Part shown: in pieces, positions 13,188-29,568 of the stretch | Layout of the letters: each line of letters opens with the position of its first letter | Position numbering within the stretch: position 1 is the first letter of the stretch | Assembly (NCBI RefSeq): GCF_009914755.1 | Contig: NC_060929.1 | Source: the human T2T-CHM13v2.0 reference genome, Homo sapiens | Direction: 5' to 3' (one strand) | Length of the DNA: 64,000 bases | The notes under the pieces: generated by a model | The model's database searches: none | Told to the model about the DNA's origin: nothing | The model's input: the letters and a program-made list of their open reading frames with translations, nothing else | Position numbers and translations under genes: made by a program

Positions 13188-16100
13188 GTAGATATAATCT
13201 CACCAGTTATTATCAGATAGAATGTTTTAAAAATCCAGTTAGATGCTTTTATAGAAAATATAAGCAATATAATATAAATGATATATATTATACATAATAT
13301 AAACAATAAATATAATATAAAGAATAAGGAAACTAACAGGATTAAAATGTACAGATAAAAGAGACACATGAGGCAAATCATAACCAAAAGTCAGCTGGAG
13401 TAACTATATGGTACCTAGGCCAAATATCCTTTAAGAAAAGAGAAAATTCCTGGGATATTGACAGTAGCTATACAATGATAAAAGACTTACTTTAGTAAGA
13501 AACTATGACCTGTCTAGACAATGATAGCTAAAACAAAATAACCTTAAAATGTAGGTAGGAAAAATCATTAAAACTACATGAAAATTTGGCAAATGAACCC
13601 ACATAATGAGAAGCTGCAAAACACCTCTCTTAATCATTGACAGCTACAGGCAAAAAAAAAAAAAATCAACAAAAATAAAGAAGAATACAACACATTCAAC
13701 AAGCTCGATCTCATGACTATATATAAAACCAGCATCCAAAAGTTAGAAAATACTTGTCGTGCTCCAGGACATATGAAATATTTTAAAACCAGACTGTGTA
13801 TGAAGCCACAAAGCAAGTCTCAACACATTTCAAAGGTGTCCCACAGAAAAGCTTCTCTGATGAAGTGCAATTAATGAGAAGTTAATAACAAAGAGATACA
13901 TAAAAAATATTTCCCACTATTGAGAATTTCAATAACTTGTTTCTACTGAATCCATAGGTCAAACAAGAAACTTCAGTGGAAATTAAAAAACAAAACACAA
14001 AAAGCTAGAACTGAAAGGTAACAAAGAATCTACATGTTAAAACTTGTGGGAAACAGTGAAAGCAGCGTTCTGCAATCTGCTTACCTTTAAATCGTTATAT
14101 TACAAAAGAAAAAAAAAGACTAAAAAGTTAGTTTTCGAACATTAAAAGACATAGAAAGAGAGAATAAACCCAAATGCAGCAGGAAGAGGGCTATAATATA
14201 GAAAAGAGCAGATATCAATGAAATAGAATATAAAGGTAAAATAGAGAGAATTAATAGAGCTAAATTTGGTTCTAAATAAACTCCTTGTAAGACTGAGCAA
14301 AAAAGAAAGAGAAAGTTATACAGATAGAGGAGGAAAACACAAAATAAATAACACACAAAATATGGAGGGGTCAGGACAAAAATGTAAGGCCAAGATTAAA
14401 GCATATTAGACCATCATTAAAAATTTTATGCCAATAAATTATAACATTTAACCAAAACAAAAAAACATAAGAAAAGTATAATTTGTTAAGAGAAACTCAA
14501 GTAGAAATAAAATATGAATGTTGCTAAAACTATTAAAAATAGTTGAACCTGTAGTTAAATATCAGGCCCCCAGAATTTTATAAGTAGGTTCCACAAAACT
14601 TTTAAGGAACACATCATGCCAAATTCAAATAAACATTTTAGAACAGAAAATAAGAAAGAAATCTATGGCTTATTCTATAAGACCAGCATAACTTTGATAT
14701 AAAACAAGATAAGGACAAAACGAGAAAGAAAAATTATAATACCCTGTTGTTCATGAAAATAGGTACGAAAAGCCTAGAAAGATAATATATGATATCCATG
14801 TTGGGATTACTCTGTGAAAGAAAGAACAATTTTTAGAAAATATATATATATTAATTAACATAATTATACATGTTATTCAAACTATTAACAGATTTTAAAA
14901 TACGGTTATCTAAACAGATGTAGAAAAGTGTTTTACAAAATCCAGCATCTATCCTTACTTCAAAAAGAAGTCAGTAAACTAAGATAATTTTGTTAACCTG
15001 ATCATGTATATCTACAGAAAACAGAATAAACATCATTCTAAACCAGAAAATATCAGAAGCATCTACTTTAAAAACAAAAACAAAAATAAGAATGTCTACT
15101 ATTGCCATTTATAGTCCACATTTTACAGAACCAGTCCAATATGACTAGAAAAATAAAAGTTATGGTATTCTGAGTATAAATTCATAGATAAATAATAAAA
15201 ATAACATGAAAATTTAAAGGTCGCAAGACATAGGATCTAATTTAAAAATACTCATCAATTGCAGTTTTGTGCCCCAGTAAGAAATTAGAAAATACAATTG
15301 TAAAAAATTAGTCAAAAAAAATTAGAAATACCCAAAGTAAATCTAACAAAAAGTATGAAATACTTACATGCAGAAAATTATACTTTTTACTAAATGATAT
15401 TAAGAAGCCCTAAGAAAATAGAACACTATCTCCTGTTCATGAATAAGAAGATGTCAGAGCATAAGGATTTCAATGTTTTCCAAATGGATCTATAGAAGCA
15501 ATTCAATCTACCGAAAATTGCAAAAAAAAAATTTTTTGGTGGAAAATTGATCTATTTATATTGAAATCCAAAAAGCCCAAATTAGCTAAGACATTATCAA
15601 AAAAGAAGGGAAAATTAATAACTCAGTTAAACAAAACATATTATAAAACTATAGTGATTAAGACGTTGTATTGGTGCAAGGATAGACAAACTGAACAATA
15701 GAACAGAACAGAGCCCCACAGAATCATATGGGAACATAGCTTTAATATGAAAAAGATGGCAAGACAGATTCCTAGGAAAAGAAGAAACTGTTTAGCAAAC
15801 AAAGCTGAAACATTGTTGACATCTTTATTTTTATAAAATAATACATAAAAATGACTTCCTGATGGATTAAGAATTCAGAGGTTAAAGGTAAAACAAATTT
15901 TAGATGAAAATTTCTGGCTGGGGAGTAGGAAATAATTTTTGAACGATGCACGAATGTATTAACTATAGAAAAAAGATTAATGAGTGTGATTTAATTAAAG
16001 TTAACACTTCACTGAAAAATGAAAGTTAAAATACAAGCATAACTTGGAAGAAGCGATTTGCAACACATTTATCAAAGATTGTTTCAAGAATATCTAATTC

Positions 16101-16520
16101 ATACATTTCAATAAGAAAAATACCATCCACCCAATACAAAAATGGGCAAAAGACATGAATAAATAAATAATAGCTTTGTGAGGCCAATATAAATATATAA
16201 AGATATGTTCAATCTCATTAGTACTCAAACAAATACCACAATGGCATGATATTTTGTATTCATTCAAATGACAAAAATTTGGAAGTCTGACCATTTTAAA
16301 TATTGTACAGAATGTAAACTAAGGGGATCCAATATGCTTTGTTGGTGGGAGTGAAAATTGTTATATTCACTTTGAAAAATAACTTGACACATCTTACAAA
16401 GTTAAAACTTGGCATATTCTATTACTTAGCATAACTACTCCTATACAGTTTCCCGAGAGAAGCTGTATAGAATGCTCATAGCAACATTTTTCTAAGCAAA
16501 CACTGAAAAACTAAAAAGTA
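11190..16520 (+). mobile_element. Ancient, heavily decayed L1M LINE remnant (possible 5' UTR, ORF1-, ORF2- and 3'-like segments)
   Basis: Strong A-rich + strand bias with degenerate L1 ORF2 motifs (AAACTTGTGGGAAACAGTGAAAGCAG; GATGTAGAAAAGTGTTTTACAAAATCCAGCATC; AAATGGGCAAAAGACATGAAT); no ORF intact; ends approximate. Confidence 0.75.
13159..13187. repeat. (CA)n microsatellite
   Basis: Direct reading. Confidence 0.95.
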
Positions 16521-16939
16521 GACAAAATAATAAAGATATAGCTTTATGATAGTCAGTTGAATCCTTAAGGATATCAACTGAATAAAATCTGTCCTACTGG
16601 AATTCCCCGGATTTTTCATTCAATTCTGTTTCTTCTATAGTTGTTTGGTTTTCCTTGTTTAAAAAAAGGCTAATATTGGTATGATATTTATTAAGGAGGG
16701 AAAGATACATTTATTATGGTGGGAATCTGAATAATAAAGTTATATATTATATTCAAATTGTTCAATGACAGCATGTGGATTGATCTAGGTGGGAAAGCTA
16801 GCCCAGCTATGGAATGTCATATTTTAATAGTAATAACAGCTGAACTACCAAATAACTGCAAATTATTTACTTTGTATACAATAATTCTATTCTTACTTGC
16901 ATTCTAAAATGTATTTATGAGTAAGAGAGAAAGGACAAG

Positions 16940-17532
16940 AAATATAGGGCACAGCCTAGTTTATCATCTTTTTCCAGGAGCCCCTCTGCTCAATGGTTCC
17001 ACGTAAGCCTGGGCCATGGGAAACATTTTGCCTAAGAGTTGGAAAGTCCAGGTGGAGGAGCAGCTATATGGCTTTATCCTCAGGAGGTCTGTGTGTGGCT
17101 CCCTAGTGTCGCTTCTTGCTGACTCTCGTGACTACGGAATACAGCAGCTGGGCTAACAGTTCCTACATGCTCCTGCTAAACTTCCTGCTTCAGGATCAGG
17201 AACATGTTTAGCCCTGTGATAAAGGGCACCAACTTCTCCCTCAGCAACTCTCATCATGGAGGTGATGAGAAACTAACAGGAGTTCCAGGCCATCCGCATG
17301 GGTTCCAGCTCAGTCTTGTAGGTTCCACCTTGGCCTTGACTTCCCCATCTGTTGTCTGTCTGCCCTTCCCCACTACCTGCCCTCTGAGCTTTAGGTTTCA
17401 GCACCAAACACAACTTCACAGAGACTGTGAAATCAGCTTCTTCAACTGCATTACCTTAAATCCCCATGATAAACACCTTGTTATATGTTCTACCCAGTTT
17501 TTCTGCTTGTCTGATCAAACCATGACGTCACA
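16940..17532 (+). mobile_element. ERVL-class LTR remnant (LTR33/LTR41-like)
   Basis: GC-richer block ending TTCTGCTTGTCTGATCAAACCATGACGTCACA, resembling the ERVL LTR terminus; subfamily uncertain. Confidence 0.5.
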
Positions 17533-17649
17533 GAGGTCAATCAAGAAGACAGGCTTTTCCCTGTGTATCAGCAATCTCAGATTCTGCTTAGAAGCAGCAT
17601 GATAGCAGTCTTTGCAGTAATCAATTTCTAAGTCCCCTACTTAAAATTG

Positions 17650-17797
17650 GGTTTGTAACTCAATTTCTCTGAGCCTTAGTGTCTCCGTGTATAAAATTCT
17701 AGTAATAACTCCTACTTTTTAAAGTTGATTGGAGAAGCAAATTCTATACTATACTCAAAGACATTAGCCCTGTCCCTGGCTCTTGGAAAATGTTAGC
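17650..17797 (+). mobile_element. MIR SINE
   Basis: Core TCTCTGAGCCTTAGTGTCTCCGTGTATAAAAT...TAATAACTCCTAC. Confidence 0.7.
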
Positions 17798-18147
17798 ATC
17801 CTTTCTTTCCACCTAGGGCTTTGAGGTCTTTGAAAAACAGTTGGACACTTGGATTCATGCAGCTGATCCTTTGAGGGGTCTTTCTCTATAATTAATTGGC
17901 TACTTCCTTCCAGTGAGTGAGCTTTTCTACAAACTTTACATCATTTAAGGGAGACAGTTTATTAATTTTTAAGCATATTGGAATATATTTCACATCTAGG
18001 TCTCCATGGAATCCAGAGTTGCTCTCCATGATAATTTCTAAACTAGAGCAGAAGTTCAACAATAGTTCCTTTTTTTCACATCAGTATGAATAAGCTAAAT
18101 TCTAAGAATGCATTAGACAAAAAATAAGGGAAATGTGGCAAGCCTGG

Positions 18148-18522
18148 TGTATTAGTCCGCTCTCACACTGCTATAAAGATACTACCTGAGACTGGGTAAT
18201 TTATAAACAAAGAGGTTCAATTGACTCACAGTTCTGCATGGCTGGGGAGGCCTCAGGAAATTTAAAATCACAGCAGAAAGGGAAGCAGGCATGTCTTACA
18301 TGGTGGCAGGTGAGAGAAAGTGAGAAAGAGCAGGAAAAACTGCCTCATAAAACCATCAGACCTCAAGAGAACTCACTCACTAACTATCATGAGAACAGCA
18401 TGGGGGAAACTGCCTCAATGATCCAATCTCCTTCCACCAGGTCCCTCTCTAGACATGAGGAGATTATGGGGATTACAATTCAAGATGAGATTTGGGTGGG
18501 GACACAAAGCCTAAACATATCA
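18148..18522 (-). mobile_element. THE1D-like MaLR solo LTR
   Basis: Same family as 1466-1826; TSD CCTGG/CTTGG (1 mismatch). Confidence 0.9.
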
Positions 18523-19212
18523 CTTGGCAAAACTCAAAATGCATCTCATGCATTCCAGGGAAGTGACCTAATATTTTTATGTATGCGTATGTTTTGTTAT
18601 CCTATTGAAAATCTTTTTGGGATGCATGATGTCGGTATCCAAGGATCCTTTCTGCTTCAATATTGAGGCCATGTTCTGTAAGTTATATGCCAAAAGAAGC
18701 AAAGTAACTCCTTTCAACTCTTAAGATGTCATGCTATGCCCTCTTTAGAATAATATAATATTGATATCCTGCCCCTCAGGCTTGAGGCTATCTCCCATAG
18801 ACTGTTTTAGAACAGCACAACACAAGAGATAAAAATGATATACAAAATGCCCCCCACTTCCTTTTTTTATTAATGTGTACGATTTCTTTAGTAAAATATA
18901 AGAAGTTTTTATAGAATCATTTCAATCCTATTGAGAGGGTGGGTTCCTCTTAGAAATAGCTCAAGGGCATCAAGGAATGTTTGAGCCTGTGATTTTTGCT
19001 CTGGTTTTGGCTAGGGGAACGCCATGTGCAAATGAAGTATGAGGTTAAAGTTTGGTGTGTAAGCAAGGTAATGTTCCTGAAATCGCATGGAGCTCTGCCT
19101 CTTTGGCCTCTCCTCCCTCTTCAGGCCTTCTTTATTCAGACTTACAGCTTGCAGACTCCTGAGGGCCCAGGAATTCTCATTTTAAGAGCCTCTTTGAGGT
19201 ATGCTGGCTTGT

Positions 19213-19415
19213 GAAGGCAGCATGGTGTGCTCGGCTGAAGAGACAAGAGGCCTGGACTTTTGTTTTGATTCTATTTACCACTTACTGGGTGACCCTAGTC
19301 AAGTCACTTGACATATCTAGGCATTCTTTTCTCAGGGTTACTACCATTTGCCCTCTCTGGGTTATCTTGTTGGTCAAATTAGGAAATGCATGAGGAAGTA
19401 CTTTTAAAGCTTAAA
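19213..19415 (+). mobile_element. MIR SINE
   Basis: GGCAGCATGGTGT...CACTTACTGGGTGACCCTAGTCAAGTCACTTGAC MIR core. Confidence 0.7.
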
Positions 19416-19479
19416 ATGGAATGTAAGCTCTTTGCATCTGTTTTTTCTCATGTTCTCAACTGATAAGAATTCTCCAAAG

Positions 19480-20130
19480 ATTTTTCTTCCACTCTTACTT
19501 CATTCTTTTTCTGCATAATATTCATTTCTTTGGTGCTTTCAACAGCACTTATGGGTTAACATATTACTTCTAGGCATATAATTCTCAGGTTGACATCTAT
19601 ACTTCCAAATCCTTTTTCAAATTCCACATCAAAACTTCCAACTGTTGCATTGATAACATACATTGCCAACCTCTCAGATGCAGCTGGTTTACAATGAGTC
19701 CACCATCTCACCAATCTTCCCACCTCCCATTTGCAATTTCCTTTATTTTCATTGCATCATTATTCTCACTATAGGGACTAAAGTATCCCAGAAATATTTT
19801 TGGCCTCTTTCTTACCCCTAAACTCACTTCCTTACATCTATGTTCATATTTGGTCACTTCTCCTTCTACATAATCCTCCCTTTTCCATTTATTCTGCTAA
19901 ATATTTTCATGCAGGCCCTCATTACCTCATGCCTGAATCATTGCAACAATTCCCTAATTGAACTGCCCATCCAGAATATCCTCCATTCAATGCATCGTAT
20001 ACACCATTTCAAATAATTCTATACTAAAGTACGACAAAGATCATGTCACTCTCTTGTTTAAAAACATTTAATGGCTCCCTCTTGCCTAAAAAATAAAGTG
20101 TCACATTTCTTGGCATTGTTAATATAATCT
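19480..20130 (+). mobile_element. L2 LINE remnant
   Basis: CCTGAATCATTGCAACAATTCCCTAATTG...GATCATGTCACTCTCTTGTTTAAAAACATTTAATGGCTCCC are typical L2 3' ORF motifs. Confidence 0.75.
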
Positions 20131-20499
20131 TGTTTGGTTGTTTCTTTATCTCTTTGAGGTTTTCATATATGTAGCAAAAGGAAATAAGTAGTAATTGGTA
20201 CATACAATTTACTAATCAATTTCTCTGCTAAAGCTGGCTACCTCTGTTACTACGATCTGAAACTACAAAGAACAGCAGTCAAGTCTGTTCACACATCATT
20301 CCCAGTTAATCTCATTGGCTTTAATTTCACTGATTTCCTTCAAATTTCTAACGTCTTCTTTGTCTAGACTATTATTTCTTTCAAACATTTTTTTCTGTCA
20401 ACTGTCCATGCAGTTTGTCTCTGCTATACCTTGCAGCTAAAATGCATTTGCTTAAAAATCTCTAGTAACATTTATTCAGTGTTTGAAATAGAATATGCC

Positions 20500-21385
20500 G
20501 GAATAGGAACAGCTCCAGTCTACAGATCCCAGCGTGAGTGATGCAGAAGACGGGTGATTTCTGCATTTCCATCTGAGGTACCAGGTTCATCTCACTAGAG
20601 AGTGCCAGACAGTGGGCGCAGGCCAGTAGGTGCGTGCACTGTGCATGAGCCGAAGCAGGGCGAGGCATTGCCTCACTCGGGAAGCGCAAGGGGTCAGGGA
20701 GTTCCCTTTCCTAGTCAAAGAAAGTGGTGACAGACAGCACATGGAAAATCGGGTCACTCCCACCCAAATACTGCGCTTTTCCGACGGGCTTAAAAAACGG
20801 CACCAGGAGATTATATCCCACACCTGGCTTGGAGGGTCCTACCCCCACGGACTCTCGCTGAATGCTAGCACAGCAGTCTGAGATCAAACTGCAAGGCGGC
20901 AGCCAGGCTGGGGGGAGGGGTGCCCGCCATTGCCCAGGCTTGCTTAGGTAAACAAAGCAGCTGGGAAGCTCGAACTGGGTGGAGCCCACCACAGCTCAAG
21001 GAGGCCTGCCTGACTCTGTAGGCTCCACCACTGGGGGCAGGGCACAGACAAACAAAAAGACAGCAGTAACCTCTGCAGACTTAAATGTCCCTGTCTGACA
21101 GCTTTGAAGAGAGCAGTGGTTCTCCCAGCATGCAGCTGGAGATCTGAGAACGGGCAGAGTGCCTCCTCAAGTGGGTCCCTGACCCCTGACCCCCGAGCAG
21201 CCTAACTGGGAGGCACCCCCCAGCAGGGGCAGACTGACACCTCACACGGCCGGGTACTCCAACAGACTTGCAGCTGAGGGTCCTGTCTGTTAGAAGGAAA
21301 ACCAACAAACAGAAAGGACATCCACACCAAAAACCCATCTGTACATCACCATCATCAAAGACCAAAAGTAGATAAAACCACAAAG
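20500..21385 (+). promoter_or_regulatory. L1 5' UTR internal sense/antisense promoter (YY1 site absent)
   Basis: CpG-containing L1 5' UTR starting GGAATAGGAACAGCTCC; first ~21 consensus nt including CAAGATGGCC missing. Confidence 0.85.
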
Positions 21386-22401
21386 ATGGGGAAAAAACAG
21401 AGCAGAAAAACTGGAAACTCTAAAAAGCAGAGCGCCTCTCCTCCTCCAAAGGAACGCAGTTCCTCACCAGCAACGGAACAAAGCTGGATGGAGAATGACC
21501 TTGACGAGCTGAGAGAAGAAGGCTTCAGAAGATCAAATTACCCCGAGCTACGGGAGGAAATTCAAACCAAAGGCAAAGAAGTTGAAAACTTTGAAAAAAA
21601 TTTAGAAGAATGTATAACTAGAATAACCAATACAGAGAAGTGCTTAAAGGAGCTGATGGAGCTGAAAACCAAGGCTTGAGAACTACGTGAAGAATGCAGA
21701 AGCCTCAGGAGCTGATGCGATCAACTGGAAGAAAGGGTATCAGCGATGGAAGATGAAATGAATGAAATGAAGCGAGAAGGGAAGTTTACAGAAAAAAGAA
21801 TAAAAAGAAATGAGCAAAGCCTCCAAGAAATAAGGGACTATGTGAAAAGACCAAATCTACGTCTGATAGGTGTACCTGAAAGTGACAGGGAGAATGGAAC
21901 AAAGTTGGAAAACACTCTGCAGGATATTATCCAGGAGAACTTCCCCAATCTAGCCAGGCAGGCCAACATTCAGATTCAGGAAATACGAGAATGCCACAAA
22001 GATACTCCTCGAGAAGAGCAACTCCAAGACACATAATTGTCAGATTCACCAAAGTTGAAATGAAGGAAAAAATGTTAAGGGCAGCCAGAGAGAAAGGTCG
22101 GGTTACCCTCAAAGGGAAGCACATCAGACTAACAGCAGATCTCTCGGCAGAAACTCTACAAGCCAGAAGAGAGTGGGGGCCAATATTCAACATTCTTAAA
22201 GAAAAGAATTTTCAACCCAGAATTTCATTTCCAGCCAAACTAAGCTTCATAAGTGAAGGAGAAATAAAATACTTTATAGACAAGCAAATGCTGAGAGATA
22301 TTGTCACCACCAGGCCTGCCCTAAGAGAGCTCCTGAAGGAAGTGCTAAACATGGAAAGGAACAACCAGTATCAGCCGCTGCAAAATCATGCCAAAATGAA
22401 A
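21386..22401 (+). pseudogene. L1 ORF1p pseudogene (coiled coil, RRM, CTD)
   Basis: MGKKQSRKTGNSK...; premature TGA at 21677 and ~21713, 1-nt deletion near 21986 (ATACGAGA vs ATACAGAGA), natural TAA stop lost. Confidence 0.95.
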
Positions 22402-22464
22402 AGACCATGGAGACTAGGAAGAAACTGCATCAACTAACGAGCAAAATAACCAGCTAACATCATA

Positions 22465-26380
<3,916 letters not shown>

Positions 26381-27416
26381 ACAATGAGAACACATGGACA
26401 CAGGAAGGGGAACATCACACTCTGGGGACTGTTGTGGGGTGGGGGGAGGGGGGAGGGATAGCATTGGGAGATATACCTAATGCTAGATGACGAGTTAGTG
26501 GGTGCAGCGCACCAGCATGGCACATGTATACATATGTAACTAACCTGCATATTGTGCACATGTACCCTAAAACTTAAAGTATAATAATAATAAATAAATA
26601 AATAAATAAATAAAACAAATATAACCAGAAAAAAAAAAGAAATAGAATATGCCTTCAAATCTAAACCCAGAGCTGTGACATGCATTTGAATATGGACCAG
26701 CTAATGCAGAACAAGATGTGATGTGAACTTGGAAGGGAATTGAACATACACACAAAGATTCCATCACTCCAGTGTGTTTTCATGGATATAAAAGAGCCTA
26801 ATCATAATTATTGGCCTGATGTATTTTAGAGTTGAAAACGAAAAATACAATCCACTTCTAAATCACCCCCAAAATAGTCATTACTCATATATAAAATAAT
26901 GTTTTAAATATCCTAAAGCAATTCATTGATATAACGTTATAAACACAGACATAGATTGAAGATGTCATAGATTTAGGATGTGAATAGCCCAAATACTCCC
27001 CTGAATGAAGAACAAATGAACATATGTCTGCATATGTAACAAGTACATATTTTCAGTTTCCATCATGGTTTAGTGATTTCCAAGTTGCAAAAAAGAGAAG
27101 TGTCAGGGGAGATGATAGGTGATGACTTTCTTACCCCTTTGTGGGTAGAGAACTAACCATCTGTTAACCATTTCCCCCTCTCCCTTATCCCACCTACACA
27201 CTCTTGACTGTTCCTGCAAATTCTGTGTGTTCTCACATTTAAAAGGTAGTCATTTCCAGAGGCTGCTAAGGCACAGTGCTGTTGTAATTTCTACCACTCA
27301 CAAGGCTGTATTAGCTTAGACAATGTAAGGAAGGGGAAATGTGCTCAGCATCTCCTGTTCAGTGCCCAGGATGATGCACAGCTAGTTCTTTTAGTGAAGG
27401 ACAATGACACTGTTTA

Positions 27417-27790
27417 TTGTTGATCAAGTCCAGCAGAAAACAAATGGCATGCTCTAAAAGGTTTAATTAACATAACTAGTGAAGGGAACATGTACAGAGA
27501 TGTTGGTGTGGTTAGGGAACTAGTCATATGTAATGAATGACTCAGTGACCAGTGCCAACAGGAAGCTGTTACCAGTCCTAGTTCGAAAGCAGTAAGAGGA
27601 TTGAATAGTTACCAAATCCTGCAGAGATGAAAATGGGGAAGAGGGCTGCTTGACAGGAGCTCTGGCTATAGAAGGCACTTTTTGATTTCCTTATACCTTT
27701 GGCCAAACTTAAAGGTTAGCAAAGGGCACAGGTGCCAGGGGGAAACAATTCATAATGGTCAGCTCCAGAGCAAAGTAGAGAAAGAAGATG
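27417..27790 (-). mobile_element. LTR33-like ERVL LTR remnant
   Basis: GTCCAGCAGAAAACAAATGGCATGCTC...GGAAGCTGTTACCAGTCCTAG resembles the reverse of LTR33. Confidence 0.55.
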
Positions 27791-28733
27791 AATAGGCGGC
27801 GATGGGATGTAGGGAAGGGCCAAAGAGAAGAAAACTAGCACTCTCGTCTTTTGTAAGGTGCTTGAAAACTGTATTTAACAATGGAAAGTATTAAGGAGGT
27901 GCTCATCTGTCACAGCAGTTAATAGTAAGTCTTAACTACTGTGTCTCATAAATGCAACTGTTATTACAGTATACTGACATATCAAGGCCAGTAGATTTGG
28001 CTACCTTAATGATTTCTGATGATATTATGGTATATCATATTTTAGCACCTACTAGGTCCTAGGCCAGTATAATTATTACCTGGTTTGTCATTTACTGAGA
28101 CATCCATTCAATCAATATATTGTATTAGGCATTTTCTAGGAGCTGAATATACATCAGAGAACAAGGCAAATGAAATCCCTGTCCCAGGAAGCTTCCATTT
28201 CACAGGCAGCATGGTTAGATTATTTGTACAAAGTCACATATTTAAAAAGCGGTGGAATCGAAGTAAAAATCCCAGGCACTCTGTGTTTTGTCTATGTGCC
28301 TAACCATTGTGCTCTAGTGAACTGTGCAGTCTTGTGTATCAACAAATATTGAGGAGGCTGGAATAAGTTAAATCTCTCGGGAAGTTTCCCCCACCATTGC
28401 ATTCTGGATGGGGAATAGTTAATTATTTTTAGTCCCAAGGATAACTAACCACATCCAGTCTGCAACTGTCACCGTGAATACTAGGTGTAATGTTGACGAG
28501 ACTTTAAAACCACGAACCAAAGGACTATTTGAAGCCACTTTTATTTATACGTTCTAATGTAATAGCTTATTGTTTAATAGGTATTACTCCATGTAATCAG
28601 CTGAGGAAACTATAGTACATAGAGGTTAAAAGACATGTGCCCAGAATCACACAGCTAATAAGTGATGAAACCAAAATTAAAAGTGGCTGACCACCAGAAT
28701 TACCTATGAATTTCTTTAAAGCAGAGACCTCCC

Positions 28734-29053
28734 GGCCGGGCGCGGTGGCTCACATCCGTAATCCCAGCACTTTGGGAGGCCGAGATGGGCGGGAGGTCAG
28801 GAAATCCAGACCATCCTGGCTAACACGGTGAAACCCCGTCTCTACTAAAAAATACAAAAAATTAGCGGGGCGTGGTGGCAGACACCTGTAGTTCCAGCTA
28901 CTCTACTCAGGAGGCTGAGGCAGGAGAATGGCGTGAACCCGGGAGGCGGTGCTTGCAGTGAGATTGCGCCACCGCAGTCCAGCCTGGCGACAGAGCGAGA
29001 CTCCGTTTCAAAATAAAATATAAAATAAAATAAATAAAATAAAATAAAATAAA
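28734..29053 (+). mobile_element. AluY SINE with (TAAAA)n tail, inside a probable MER5-like element
   Basis: GGCCGGGCGCGGTGG start, Y diagnostics (GGCTAACACGG, AGAATGGCGTGAACC); short TSD CTCCC. Confidence 0.93.
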
Positions 29054-29420
29054 CTCCCAAGTCTCACCCTAGATCTTCCAAAATAGCATTAGTATTCAGT
29101 TGCTTGTGGGTGATGGAGATGTGACAACTGGCATCTATACTTTTGAAGGTTCCACAACAACACTGATCCACTCGTAGGGTCGTTAATTGCTAAAGACGCA
29201 AACTAGTCAAACGCTTTAACAGCAAATTCAAAGGGTCCACTACTACAGTCATTTCTTGATTGCTTCTCTCTCTCCAAGTGGGTCATCAGTTACAATCAGG
29301 AATTTTTTGGTCAGGTCAATATTTCGATGGAATCTATGTTTGGAGTCTTGTTGTTTGACCTATTATTGCCAGATCATGAAATGCAATTTAACTAAATATT
29401 TTGTCTAAGAACTAATGTGA

Positions 29421-29568
29421 GTTTTTATGTGTATTTGTTTTTGTTTTTGTAGAGACTGTGTCTCACTGTGTTAATCAGGCTGGTCTCAAACTCATGGGCT
29501 CAAGCGATCCTCTCGCCTCAGCCTCTCAAAGTGCTAGGATTACAGGCATGAGCCACTGAACCCAGTCC
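29421..29568 (-). mobile_element. FLAM-C / Alu left monomer
   Basis: Single antisense monomer; TSD CTAATGTG. Confidence 0.85.

Noticed and set aside
20711-20992. Intact L1 ORF0 on the antisense strand
   Set aside because: The ORF0-like peptide (LPPCSLISDCCAS) is present, but an extra G in the G-run near 20910 puts it out of frame with the ORF0 ATG, and the C-terminus is also shifted.
26433-26457. G-quadruplex-forming tract
   Set aside because: Standard G-rich tract of the L1PA 3' UTR; not novel.
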